Assembly (NCBI GenBank): GCA_016278675.1
Contig: JADQBJ010000022.1
Span: forward strand, 60,570-124,569
Length of the DNA stretch: 64,000 bases
Origin: Desulfobulbaceae bacterium
GTDB taxonomy: Bacteria; Desulfobacterota; Desulfobulbia; Desulfobulbales; Desulfocapsaceae
Direction: 5' to 3'
The position numbers and the translations under genes are program-made. The notes below the pieces were generated by a model. That model was not told where the DNA came from, did not search any database, and worked only from the letters and a program-made list of their open reading frames with translations. Shown one piece after another: positions 36,347-45,916 of this stretch (position 1 is its first letter; each line of letters opens with the position of its first letter).

Positions 36347-37294
36347 TTAAATTATAACCTCCACAATTCCAGGTGCGGTAACCTTGCAATAAATAAGTTT
36401 ATTGGAGCTGGCATTGCGAACCCTGATCACTTCATTGAGCTTACCGTCCGTATTGGCAATCCCGGTCGCTGTCAGAACTAACCGGCGCTGTCTGATGAAA
36501 ATTTTGACAAACTGCCCTTTTTGAACAATTGCCGGAAATTCGACATCCGAGGTGTTGATGACATTGCCGGCTCTGACCGAACGGGTCAACCGCTTACCGA
36601 GGATGGAGCGCACATCCAGACAGGGATCTTTAAGCTCGGTAATATCCTTGCGGACCAGGTGAATGTTGTCCGGGGTGATGATTGCACCTCTTTCCAAGGG
36701 AGTGGTAGCTGCCACAGTGGAGGCGATGGCCTCGATTTTTCCCGGTATTGACAGATTTTCTCTTACCCTGCCGTCAACCCGAATGATAATGGCAAAACGG
36801 GTACTGTCGATAATGGAAGGACTTGATGGAATAATTTCCCAGGTGAGATCGCCTTTCGGAACCGAAAAGGGAAGGGGCATCGCTCCCGAAATAAAACGAA
36901 TATCGGCATCCGGCAATTGATTTTTATTATTTTCCAGATAGACGCCGATCTCGTTCTCTATCATCTTCGGTACTATCCGTACTCCCTGACGAAAAACCTT
37001 GACTGTCGCGGACCCGGACCAGAGAGTCGATCTGGACAGGGTGGTTTTGCGGATGATATTTTTGATGATATCCGTGGAACGAAGAAATTTCTGCTCGCCC
37101 GGTTCGGGAGATTTGGAAATTACCTGGTCGGCGAGTGTGCGGGTCAGATCATTATCCGTATCGAATTCAACAACATCCCCCAGGGTAATAAATTTATCGG
37201 AAACATCTGCTTTAGAGAGAAAAGAGATTTCCAGGGCATGGGCCGGTACGCCGATAGCAACAAAAAGCAAAATCACAGAATATCTTAGTAACAT
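36347..37294 (-). CDS. flgA: P-ring assembly chaperone FlgA
   Basis: Signal peptide and a C-terminal SAF-like segment (LTRSVRAGNVINTSDVEFPAIVQKGQFVKI). Positioned between flgG and flgH. Confidence 0.8.
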   Translation of the reverse strand: MLLRYSVILLFVAIGVPAHALEISFLSKADVSDKFITLGDVVEFDTDNDLTRTLADQVISKSPEPGEQKFLRSTDIIKNIIRKTTLSRSTLWSGSATVKVFRQGVRIVPKMIENEIGVYLENNKNQLPDADIRFISGAMPLPFSVPKGDLTWEIIPSSPSIIDSTRFAIIIRVDGRVRENLSIPGKIEAIASTVAATTPLERGAIITPDNIHLVRKDITELKDPCLDVRSILGKRLTRSVRAGNVINTSDVEFPAIVQKGQFVKIFIRQRRLVLTATGIANTDGKLNEVIRVRNASSNKLIYCKVTAPGIVEVII

Positions 37295-37295
37295 A

Positions 37296-38081
37296 TTACA
37301 CCAACTGGTTTGTGGCTTGCATCATTTCATCCGAAGTCTGGATGGTCTTGGAATTGATCTCGTAAGCCCTTTGGGCAGTGATCATGTTGGCGAGCTCCTG
37401 GACTATATTGACATTGGATCCCTCGAGAAATGTATGGATGAGCAGACCGAAACCGTCGTCACCCGGATTAGAGACCGCGGGAGCCCCTGAAGCGCCAGTT
37501 TCAAGAAACAGATTATTGCCTGCGGCGGAAAGTCCGGCATTATTGGTGAAGACGGCAAGCTCCAGGGTGCCGACCTCGGTGGCTTCGCTATCTCCTGCCA
37601 AAATGACGCTGACAATACCGGTATCGCTTATGGTGATTTGTCTGGAGCCCTCCGGTATGGTCAGAGCGGGCAGCACCGGATAGCCGTTTGAATTGGTGAT
37701 CCTGCCGTCACTGTCGCGCTTGAGAGAACCGTCACGAGTATAGGCGGTATTGCCGTTGGGAAGCTCTATCTGGAAAAAGCCATCGCCTTCGATGGCGACA
37801 TCGAGCTCATTTTCGGTCTGGATCAGCTCTCCCTGGCTAAATACTTTGGCAACGGCAGAGGGCCGCACCCCAAGGCCCACCATGATACCGGTTGGAGACT
37901 CGGTATCCGCCGACGTCGGGCTGCCCGGAACTTTTATGGTTTCATAGAGCAGGTCCTGGAAATTGTTAACGGACTTCTTGAATCCGGTAGTACTGACGTT
38001 GGCCAGGTTATTGGCAATAACATCGATATTCAACTGCTGGGAATTCATGCCGGTCGTGCCGGTATAGAGTGATCGAATCAT
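37296..38081 (-). CDS. flgG: Distal rod protein FlgG
   Basis: MIRSLYTGTTGMNSQQLNIDVIANNLANVSTTGFK and C-terminus VNIVQELANMITAQRAYEINSKTIQTSDEM. Confidence 0.93.
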   Translation of the reverse strand: MIRSLYTGTTGMNSQQLNIDVIANNLANVSTTGFKKSVNNFQDLLYETIKVPGSPTSADTESPTGIMVGLGVRPSAVAKVFSQGELIQTENELDVAIEGDGFFQIELPNGNTAYTRDGSLKRDSDGRITNSNGYPVLPALTIPEGSRQITISDTGIVSVILAGDSEATEVGTLELAVFTNNAGLSAAGNNLFLETGASGAPAVSNPGDDGFGLLIHTFLEGSNVNIVQELANMITAQRAYEINSKTIQTSDEMMQATNQLV

Positions 38082-38142
38082 TTTCTCTCTTTTCTCGTAT
38101 CTGTCTGCGATAGTGAATAGCTCACATCATTCTTTGGCCGGG

Positions 38143-38892
38143 TTAGGCAAGCGTGCCCAGCGCTTCAAGTTTCTCACCAAGTTTCGAATAGCTCTCCAGG
38201 ACACTGTGGTAGGCCTGGAATAGGCGATTGTCGTATATCATCTTGGTCATTTCATCGGTCATATTGACATTTGAAACCTCCAGACTGCCCTGTGATACAC
38301 GGAAATTCTCAGCGGGTATTTCCAGCGCTTCGGGCGGCACTGAATAGGCGGTATCAAGTTCATTTTCAAGGAGCGATTTGTCGTCAATATCGACGATGGC
38401 CAACTGTCCGAAAGGAGTTTGCTCGCCATTGGCACCGACGCCGGTAATATTGCCGGCCAGATCGATAATGATGGAAGCGGTATCCTCGGCCCGGATGAAA
38501 ATTTCACCGCCGCCATTATTTAAAACCGGCATTCCCGTATCAGTGAGCAGTCTGCCGGTGTCGTCGAGGACAAAATTTCCCTTACGGGTGAGAAGGTCGC
38601 CTTGGGCACTGCGAATTTTGAAAAATCCGTCTCCCATTATGGCAACATCCAAAGGGCTGTCGGTTTCCTTCAGAGGGCCTTGGGAAAAATCAATATAATT
38701 CCCTTTTACCCTGCTGTAATTAATACCTTTGGTATCGGCGATCTGCCGCTCCCCCTTGAGGATCGACTCGAAGCTCATCCGGGTCTTTTTATAGCCGATG
38801 GTGCTGACATTGGCGAGGTTGGCAGATGTATTGGCGATACTCTGTTCTCGTGCTATGGCACCGGAGAGAGCGCTGTATTTACCTGAAACCAT
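38143..38892 (-). CDS. flgF: Proximal rod protein FlgF
   Basis: Rod-family N-terminus (SIANTSANLANVSTIGYKK) and C-terminus; 249 aa; immediately upstream of flgG. Confidence 0.85.
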   Translation of the reverse strand: MVSGKYSALSGAIAREQSIANTSANLANVSTIGYKKTRMSFESILKGERQIADTKGINYSRVKGNYIDFSQGPLKETDSPLDVAIMGDGFFKIRSAQGDLLTRKGNFVLDDTGRLLTDTGMPVLNNGGGEIFIRAEDTASIIIDLAGNITGVGANGEQTPFGQLAIVDIDDKSLLENELDTAYSVPPEALEIPAENFRVSQGSLEVSNVNMTDEMTKMIYDNRLFQAYHSVLESYSKLGEKLEALGTLA

Positions 38893-38937
38893 GATTTCCT
38901 TTCTTGTTGATGTTGATGGTTTTTCTGAGATAGTAGT

Positions 38938-38965
38938 ATATCGGAAGGGACAGGGGTTATCTTTA
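38938..38965 (-). promoter_or_regulatory. Sigma-28-like promoter candidate upstream of flgF: TAAA-N16-TCCGATAT
   Basis: The minus strand reads CTAAAG ATAACCCCTGTCCCT TCCGATAT, 7/8 of the sigma-D-type -10 with a spacer 1 nt longer. It leaves a leader of about 40 nt to the flgF ATG. Confidence 0.4.
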
Positions 38966-39219
38966 GGATAACAGGCAGCTAATATTATAATAAAATGGTG
39001 TTTTTTGATGCTGATCAGCAGTTGACGCGCAATCGGTATTTCGCGGAGATTTTGGAATGAAATTATATTTTGGATTGTCAGGGGACATGGATTCCGGAGT
39101 TCTGATTGGATCCGGAAAGACGTTTAAAGGGAATTGCGGATATATGGAAGTTGTCGTGCCCGGTGGAAAGGCCGGCAAAAAGACCTTCTGTCCCGGGTTT
39201 TTAAGAATTTAAGAGAAAC

Positions 39220-39633
39220 TTAATTCCGGGAAAGATTGGCAAGGGCAACCAGCTGGTCGGCCTCCTGGTTGGATATGGTGAGGATGGAGGCGATGTCGGA
39301 GGCGTTTATACCTTTTTCAGCCAGCGAATGAATATATTGATAACGCTCGGGAGTGCGCAGCTCGCCGTTTTTCCGGCTTAACTCCAAGCGGGGCTGCTGG
39401 ATTTTGGTGGCGAGTTCTGCCTGGCTGAGGTTGGCCTTGAAGTTCTGGAAACGTTTTTGCATTTGCCGCAGTTTTTCCAGTTCAGCGGCGGCGCATTCGA
39501 GGGCGATGAGGGCTTCACCAAGTTTGGTCCTGTCCCTGATGAGAAGTCTTCTCAGATACATCGAACGAATGGTAATAAGGACACAGAGAAAAAAAGTGAT
39601 GGTTAGGAGTATTTCCGTATCAATATGGATCAT
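39220..39633 (-). CDS. Hypothetical single-pass membrane protein with coiled coil and small C-terminal helix-turn-helix-like motif
   Basis: 137-aa ORF 32 nt downstream of fliA. It has an N-terminal TM helix (ILLTITFFLCVLITI), a Q/K/E-rich helix, and the C-terminal IHSLAEKGINASDIASILTISNQEADQLVAL. Confidence 0.6.
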   Translation of the reverse strand: MIHIDTEILLTITFFLCVLITIRSMYLRRLLIRDRTKLGEALIALECAAAELEKLRQMQKRFQNFKANLSQAELATKIQQPRLELSRKNGELRTPERYQYIHSLAEKGINASDIASILTISNQEADQLVALANLSRN

Positions 39634-39665
39634 GATAATTTTTTCCCGTTAGAGCTGAATTCTTA

Positions 39666-40397
39666 CTAGTGAAGTCGTGTCCGGACCTTGTTTTTCAGAT
39701 TGATGAGGGCCTGGCTGTGCAACTGGGAAATTCTCCCTTCGGATACCCCCAGGACCTCGGCGATTTCCTTCTGCGTTAATTCTTCATAGTAATAAAGGGA
39801 AATGACCAGCCGCTCTTTTTCCGGAAGATTGCCTAGAATGTCGGCAATGATGGAAGTCACTTCGCTGTTTTCTAGAATGTCGACCGGTGATGAGCCTTTG
39901 CTTTCATCAACAAGTTCATCAATAAACTGACGTCCTTCTCCGCTGTTGTCCAGTGCTTCGTGCAGGCTGACACAGCCCAGGTGGGAAACCTGACCGAGAA
40001 GATTCTGGTATTCTTCCAGACCAAGCTTCATTTCTCCGGCCATTTCTTCTTCGCTGGGGTCGCGTCCGAGTTTGTTCTCCAGGAAGGACATGGTCTTGGA
40101 GACCCGGCTTTGTTTGTCTCTGAGGGTTCTGGAAAACCAGTCAAGTTTCCTCATCTCATCGAAAATTGCGCCGCGAATCCGGTACTCAGCAAAGGTTTTG
40201 AAGAGGATGTTTTTCGAAGTATCAAATTTATTGGCGGCATCGATCAGGCCCATCAATCCGGCGCTGCGCATATCATCGCGATTCATGAATGCCGGAACCT
40301 GTGTTGCCATACGTCCAACCAGAATATCGACAAGCTCTATATTATCCCGAATCAGCTTGGACTTATCTTCGCTGTGCTGCTGTTTAGCGTAAATCAT
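39666..40397 (-). CDS. fliA: RNA polymerase sigma-28 factor FliA
   Basis: Sigma-70-family regions 2-4 (GLMGLIDAANKFD, YRIRGAIFDEMR, LTQKEIAEVLGVSEGRISQLH); 243 aa; downstream of flhF-flhG. Confidence 0.93.
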   Translation of the reverse strand: MIYAKQQHSEDKSKLIRDNIELVDILVGRMATQVPAFMNRDDMRSAGLMGLIDAANKFDTSKNILFKTFAEYRIRGAIFDEMRKLDWFSRTLRDKQSRVSKTMSFLENKLGRDPSEEEMAGEMKLGLEEYQNLLGQVSHLGCVSLHEALDNSGEGRQFIDELVDESKGSSPVDILENSEVTSIIADILGNLPEKERLVISLYYYEELTQKEIAEVLGVSEGRISQLHSQALINLKNKVRTRLH

Positions 40398-40399
40398 AG

Positions 40400-41308
40400 T
40401 TACTCCCTGTTGCCCAGATTAAGGAGTTTCTTCCAGAAAAACTGAAGATTACCCTTTGGCTGTGTTGTCGATTTTTCAGAACACAATCGAGCGGCCAATG
40501 AAGAGAAGGCATCGGCAATGGGGGAAGAAGGGTGCATGTCGACAAAGACTTTCTGTTTTCGTATGGAGTCTACCATCAATTTATCAACTGGAATCGATCC
40601 CAGATAATCGATGGAGATATCAAGGTAACGATTGGCGACCATAGTGATTTTTCGATAGACATCGAGGCCTTCTTCATCATTCTGCGTCTGGTTGACGATG
40701 AGATTGAAATGTTTTTCATGGAACTGGGTGGAGAGCAGTTTCATCAGGGCATAGGCATCTGTAATTGCGGTCGGATCAGGAGTGGTAACCACCAGTATTT
40801 CCTGGGCCGCCGTGTTGAAATAGGTGACGTTCTCCGAGATGCCTGCCTCGGTATCGATGAGCACAAAGTCGAAATCTTCATGCATGGCGTCAAGGCCATC
40901 CAGCAGCCTCATTTTGTGATGTCCGTCCAGCCTGGTGAAGTTCTGTATGCCCGATCCGGCAGGCAGAATCTTTATACCGTACGGTCCTTCGACCATGATA
41001 TCTTCAAGTTCGTGTTCGCCTGAGAAAAAATGGTTAAGGTTGAATTGGGGAGCCAACCCGAAAACCACATCGACATTGGCAAGACCCAGATCGGCATCGA
41101 GAATAAGAACCGATTTCCCCATCTTGGCCAGAGTTACAGCGGTGTTGGCGACAACAGCCGTCTTTCCGACACCGCCTTTGCCGCTGGTGATGGAAAATAC
41201 CTGGGTGAAAGCATCGTTGTTTCGGCTGATGCTTTCCGCAGGTCTTCCGGTATTGATGGCCCGCAGTGTTTGTGCCTGATCGGCTGATGATTGTTTTTGA
41301 TTAATCAT
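40400..41308 (-). CDS. flhG: MinD/ParA-type ATPase FlhG (FleN/YlxH)
   Basis: Deviant Walker A SGKGGVGKT, MinD-like sequence; between flhF and fliA. Confidence 0.9.
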   Translation of the reverse strand: MINQKQSSADQAQTLRAINTGRPAESISRNNDAFTQVFSITSGKGGVGKTAVVANTAVTLAKMGKSVLILDADLGLANVDVVFGLAPQFNLNHFFSGEHELEDIMVEGPYGIKILPAGSGIQNFTRLDGHHKMRLLDGLDAMHEDFDFVLIDTEAGISENVTYFNTAAQEILVVTTPDPTAITDAYALMKLLSTQFHEKHFNLIVNQTQNDEEGLDVYRKITMVANRYLDISIDYLGSIPVDKLMVDSIRKQKVFVDMHPSSPIADAFSSLAARLCSEKSTTQPKGNLQFFWKKLLNLGNRE

Positions 41309-42638
41309 GTACGATTCCGTTGGGAGATGGAATTATTAGTTGTGCTAATTGGTTTTTGTCTGCTTCCAGTATGTCTTCGGGTACTCTTTGTCCGTTGGTG
41401 ACATAGGAAATGGGGTTGCCGTTTTGAACCTGAATATTCAGCAAAACCCCAAGTCTGGAACATTCGTCTATCTTGGTGAAAATGGTGCTGTGCAGAGGAA
41501 TTTGACTGAACTGGGCATATGCCTCCAATAGCTCATTGTCACGGGTTGTGGCGGAGAGCACAAGGTAATTGTCTATCTCCAGTTCGGGGGGCAGGAAACT
41601 CTGCAGATCGATGATGCTCAGGGCATCGTGCGGGCTTCTGCCTGCCGTATCTATGAGAATAAGCTCTTTGCCGCGATGTTTGTCAAGTGCATCTTTAAGC
41701 TGTTGCGGTGTGATCACCACCTCTACGGGAAGATGCATGATTTCACCATATACCTTCAACTGCTCTACCGCGGCGATTCTGTAGGTGTCGATGGTGATCA
41801 AGGCAATGGAGTTCGATTGCGAGGACAGGTACTTGGCGGCGATTTTGGCCAGAGTTGTGGTTTTGCCGACCCCGGTCGGCCCGACAAAGGCCATTCTTTT
41901 CTGAGTGCTGTTGTCGCTGAAGTCGGGAGTGTTCACCGTCAATATATCGGCGAGGGTAGTATGCAGGAACCCATAGACCTTGTCGGCATCCGCCAGATCA
42001 GCCTCATTGAGGCGTTCAGCTGCGAATGTGGAAATAATTCGCGCCGCCTCATTGGTGATTCCCCGGTTGAGTAAAATCTCTTCAACGATGTTTCCGCTCG
42101 AGGAAGAACGAAGTTTGTGCTCGAGGTTATGTATTGGCGTTCGTGTTGGCATTCTGCCTGCCGGAGTCTCTGCCAGAGGAACGCTGGAACTGATCCGCGA
42201 TATTTCGCCGGCAAGGCCTTTGACCATATTCCTGAGTTCATCAAATTCACGTAGCAGTGCCGGAGAATCCACCGTCGGATTGTCGAATCCGCCTCCCGGG
42301 CCTGAAGCTGGCACAGCAGGTGGAGGGGGGAGGCCGGCATCATTTTCAACGGTATTTTTTTTGTTTTTGCTGCTGTTTTGGCTGTTATTTTGACTAGTAT
42401 TTTGACGGTATGCTTTATCGGCTCTGGAGAGAGATGCCGAATTGCCCGAAACCGGAGGAGCCTCCGGCCATTGCTTGTCGATGGCTGCCGTTATCTCAAG
42501 AGTATTTTTGCCGAGGAGTCCCAGCTTGCCGTTTTTTACGGTTCTGGTTGAAAGTATCAGTGCATCGGGACCAAGTTCCCGACGTACTTTTCTCAGCCCG
42601 GATGCCATATCGGCAGCTTCAAAAACCTTAACTTGCAT
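41301..42638 (-). CDS. flhF: SRP-type GTPase FlhF
   Basis: N-terminal B-domain, then an NG domain with GPTGVGKTTT, DTAGR and TKIDE motifs. Confidence 0.92.
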   Translation of the reverse strand: MQVKVFEAADMASGLRKVRRELGPDALILSTRTVKNGKLGLLGKNTLEITAAIDKQWPEAPPVSGNSASLSRADKAYRQNTSQNNSQNSSKNKKNTVENDAGLPPPPAVPASGPGGGFDNPTVDSPALLREFDELRNMVKGLAGEISRISSSVPLAETPAGRMPTRTPIHNLEHKLRSSSSGNIVEEILLNRGITNEAARIISTFAAERLNEADLADADKVYGFLHTTLADILTVNTPDFSDNSTQKRMAFVGPTGVGKTTTLAKIAAKYLSSQSNSIALITIDTYRIAAVEQLKVYGEIMHLPVEVVITPQQLKDALDKHRGKELILIDTAGRSPHDALSIIDLQSFLPPELEIDNYLVLSATTRDNELLEAYAQFSQIPLHSTIFTKIDECSRLGVLLNIQVQNGNPISYVTNGQRVPEDILEADKNQLAQLIIPSPNGIVHD

Positions 42639-44724
42639 CGATCGTCACTGTTCCTAAAGATTTAACTTTCAAATTAGGCGCTATTTCATTATGTGAAATA
42701 ATCGTCAGCGCCGGATAATATCTCTCCGTTAAACTGCGTACATGAGGCCGTATCTGCGGAGCAACGAGCAGGGTCGGCATGTGGCCTCCCTGGAAAACAT
42801 TACTTGTCTCGCCGATTGCATCGAGTATTTTCTGTGCCGTTGGCGGGTCTATTGCAAGATAGCTGCCCTGCTCACGATGCTGGATAGCCTGCTGTATTTT
42901 ATCCTCCACCTCCTTGGCAAGGGTCATCAGCGGTATGACACCATTATCGACAAGCTGTGAACAGATAGTCCGGGAAAGGGCATGGCGGACGTATTCTGTC
43001 AAAATATCGGTATCCTGGGTGACAGGAGCCCAATCAGCCATTGTTTCAAGAATTGTACGAAGATCACGTATGGACACGCCTTCCTTGAGCAGATTTTGCA
43101 GAACCCTCATGATGGTCCCCAGGGAGAGGACAGTGGGGACCAGCTCCTCTACCAGTTTGGGATAGGATTTCAGGAGATTGTCGAGAAGGTTCTGGACTTC
43201 CTGCCGGCCGATGAGTTCATGAGCATGTTTTTTTATGACTTCGGTGATATGCGTGGTCATGACCGTGGTACAGTCTACTACGGTATAGCCCGCTATCTGG
43301 GATCTTTCTTTCTTATCCTCACTGATCCAGATTGCCGGCAGGCCGAATGCCGGTTCAACCGTGTCTATTCCTGGAATCTTTTCGGTAACGATGCCCGGAT
43401 CCATGGCCATGAAATAACCCGGAAGAATCTCCGCTTCGGCAACCTGAATGCCTTTCAGGGCGAGGGTGTACTGGTTGGGATTGAGCTGCAGGTTGTCTTT
43501 TATGTGGATCGGAGGGACAATAAATCCATTGTTGATGGCGAATTGCTTACGGATTGACTGAATGCGGGTCAGCAATTCCCCATCCTGATTGGAGTCGACG
43601 AAGGGGATAAGTCCGTAGCCGACCTCAAGCTCGAGGAGATCCACATTGAGCATTTCTTCATAATTTTCGGCGGTGCGTACCGGAGGTCCTTCTTTTTTCT
43701 CTTCGGGGATCAATGCTTCAGTTTCTTTCTTTTTATCCAGATAGTAGGCCAGCACTGCGAGCGAAATGGAGATCGCCAGAAAAGGCAGAAAGGGCAGGCC
43801 GGGAATAAGGGCAAAAATCAGCAGAATTGCGGCAACGACCCATAAGGCAATAGAATAGGTGGTGAACTGGGTGTGAAGATCGGTGCCGAAGTCTTTTTTC
43901 CCGGTCGCCCTGGTGACCAGCAAACCGGCGGAGGCCGAAATAATGAGCGCCGGTATCTGGCCGACCAGGCCGTCCCCCACGGTCAGGATGGTATAAATCT
44001 GTGCAGCTTCGGCTATCGGCATGCCCTTCTGCAGGACACCGATGACAAATCCCGCGCCAATATTGATAAGGGTGATGATAATGCCCGCTATGGCATCACC
44101 CTTGACGAATTTCGAGGCACCGTCCATGGCGCCGTGAAAAGCTGCTTCGTTGGATATATCTTCCCGCCTCTGCCGTGCCTGGTCTTCATCGATAAGTCCG
44201 GCATTGAGATCGGCGTCGATGGCCATCTGTTTACCGGGCATGCCGTCGAGAGTAAATCGTGCGGCCACTTCCGCAACCCTGCCGGCGCCTTTGGTGATAA
44301 CCATAAAATTAATGAGGACGAGGATGGCAAAAACGACAATACCGACAACATAGTTGCCTCCCACCACAAATTGGCCGAACGACTGGATAACCGTTCCTGC
44401 GGCTTCCGGTCCCTGATCTCCCCTGAGGAGTATCAGGCGCGTCGAGGCCACATTGAGAGAGAGCCTGAACAGAGTGGCGGTAAGCAGAATGGAGGGGAAA
44501 ATAGAGAACTCCACGGCCTTGACGGTATACAGGGTGATGACCAGTATGAGCAGGGCCAGAGTAATGTTGGCAGAGAGAAAGAGATCGATGAGCAGCGGCG
44601 GTAAAGGGATGATCATGATCATCAGAATAGAAACGAAACCCAGCGATACTACAACGTTGCTTCTTCCCGCAAAAAACTTCAGCTGGTTGACGTTGAATCT
44701 GTTCTGCAAGCCGGAGATTGCCAT
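42628..44724 (-). CDS. flhA: Flagellar export gate protein FlhA
   Basis: 698 aa with an FHIPEP-family TM region (FPSILL, GAMDGASKFVKGDAIAG) and a cytoplasmic domain. Confidence 0.96.
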   Translation of the reverse strand: MAISGLQNRFNVNQLKFFAGRSNVVVSLGFVSILMIMIIPLPPLLIDLFLSANITLALLILVITLYTVKAVEFSIFPSILLTATLFRLSLNVASTRLILLRGDQGPEAAGTVIQSFGQFVVGGNYVVGIVVFAILVLINFMVITKGAGRVAEVAARFTLDGMPGKQMAIDADLNAGLIDEDQARQRREDISNEAAFHGAMDGASKFVKGDAIAGIIITLINIGAGFVIGVLQKGMPIAEAAQIYTILTVGDGLVGQIPALIISASAGLLVTRATGKKDFGTDLHTQFTTYSIALWVVAAILLIFALIPGLPFLPFLAISISLAVLAYYLDKKKETEALIPEEKKEGPPVRTAENYEEMLNVDLLELEVGYGLIPFVDSNQDGELLTRIQSIRKQFAINNGFIVPPIHIKDNLQLNPNQYTLALKGIQVAEAEILPGYFMAMDPGIVTEKIPGIDTVEPAFGLPAIWISEDKKERSQIAGYTVVDCTTVMTTHITEVIKKHAHELIGRQEVQNLLDNLLKSYPKLVEELVPTVLSLGTIMRVLQNLLKEGVSIRDLRTILETMADWAPVTQDTDILTEYVRHALSRTICSQLVDNGVIPLMTLAKEVEDKIQQAIQHREQGSYLAIDPPTAQKILDAIGETSNVFQGGHMPTLLVAPQIRPHVRSLTERYYPALTIISHNEIAPNLKVKSLGTVTIDAS

Positions 44725-45791
44725 TATATGCTCTTTCCTTTCAATGAGTAGACATGTGCGAGAATTTCAGCTACTGCCTTGAAAAGTTCTTCAGGAATGG
44801 CAGCACCCAGCTCCACAGTATGCAATAAGCGAGCCACAGGCGGGTTTTCGATGATGGGAATATTGTTATCCCTGGCTATCGTGCGGATATTCATGGCGAT
44901 GACCCCGGCTCCCTTTGCCAGCACGACTGGAGCGTCCATCTGGCCGGAATCATAGCGAACAGCAACAGAAATATGGGTGGGATTGGTGATAATGACATCG
45001 GCATGCGGGACCTCGGCCATCATCCTCTTTTGCGCCATCTGCCGCTGTATAGCACGAATCTGAGATTTGACCAGGGGATCGCCTTCGGATTCCTTATGTT
45101 CCTCCTTTACCTCCTGTTTGGTCATTTTCATCTTCTCCTCCATCTCATAGCGGACGAAGATAAGATCGATAAAGGCGAGCAGAATGAGTACGGCACAAAC
45201 CTTGGCAAGAATAATGCCTGCGGTCCTCCCTAAAAACCTCAAGGTTTCGGAGATGCTGCTGTCGACCAGAGTGAGGGCCTGTTCGAAATTATTGGCGACA
45301 GTGGAGTAAGCGACCCATCCTATTAATATGATTTTAAAAATTGACTTTATCAGTTCGACGATAGATTTCTTGGAAAAGATTCTGCCAATGCCGGTAATGG
45401 GATTGAACTTGTTAATATCAGGCTGAAACGGTTTAGTGGTGAAAAGCCAGCCAATCTGGAAGAAAGACGAAAAAAAACCGATTATGAGAACAAGGACGAA
45501 GAGGGGAGCGAGCAGCAGACCCAGCTTTTGTGCCAGGTAAAAAGCAAGCTCCATTGTCTTGGCGGGTGTTATGATAATATCGGCGCCGGCCTCCAGTATC
45601 AGTGTCAGTACGGTTGTGAATTCAGTTATAAATATGGGGAGATATAAAACCCAAAAGAGAAGGAGAATGGTGAAAATGGCGGCAGTATGCACTTCTTTGC
45701 TTTGCGCAACCTGGCCTTTTTCACGGAAATCATTCCTCCGTTTTGCCGTTGCTTCTTCGGTGCGTTCGCCTGCCTGGTTCTCTTCCGCCAT
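44724..45791 (-). CDS. flhB: Flagellar export switch protein FlhB
   Basis: 355 aa with an N-terminal TM domain and a C-terminal domain carrying the autocleavage motif NPTH (VIITNPTHISVAVRYD). Confidence 0.95.
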   Translation of the reverse strand: MAEENQAGERTEEATAKRRNDFREKGQVAQSKEVHTAAIFTILLLFWVLYLPIFITEFTTVLTLILEAGADIIITPAKTMELAFYLAQKLGLLLAPLFVLVLIIGFFSSFFQIGWLFTTKPFQPDINKFNPITGIGRIFSKKSIVELIKSIFKIILIGWVAYSTVANNFEQALTLVDSSISETLRFLGRTAGIILAKVCAVLILLAFIDLIFVRYEMEEKMKMTKQEVKEEHKESEGDPLVKSQIRAIQRQMAQKRMMAEVPHADVIITNPTHISVAVRYDSGQMDAPVVLAKGAGVIAMNIRTIARDNNIPIIENPPVARLLHTVELGAAIPEELFKAVAEILAHVYSLKGKSI

Positions 45792-45916
45792 ATAAAAAAC
45801 TCATTGAGTTTTGTTAAATAGATCAGTTTGATAAAGGAGTGACAAGACTTGCTGATGCAAGAAAAACGCCAGATTAAGTTACCGAAAAAAGTAGCATTAA
45901 ATAAATTACCTGATTG

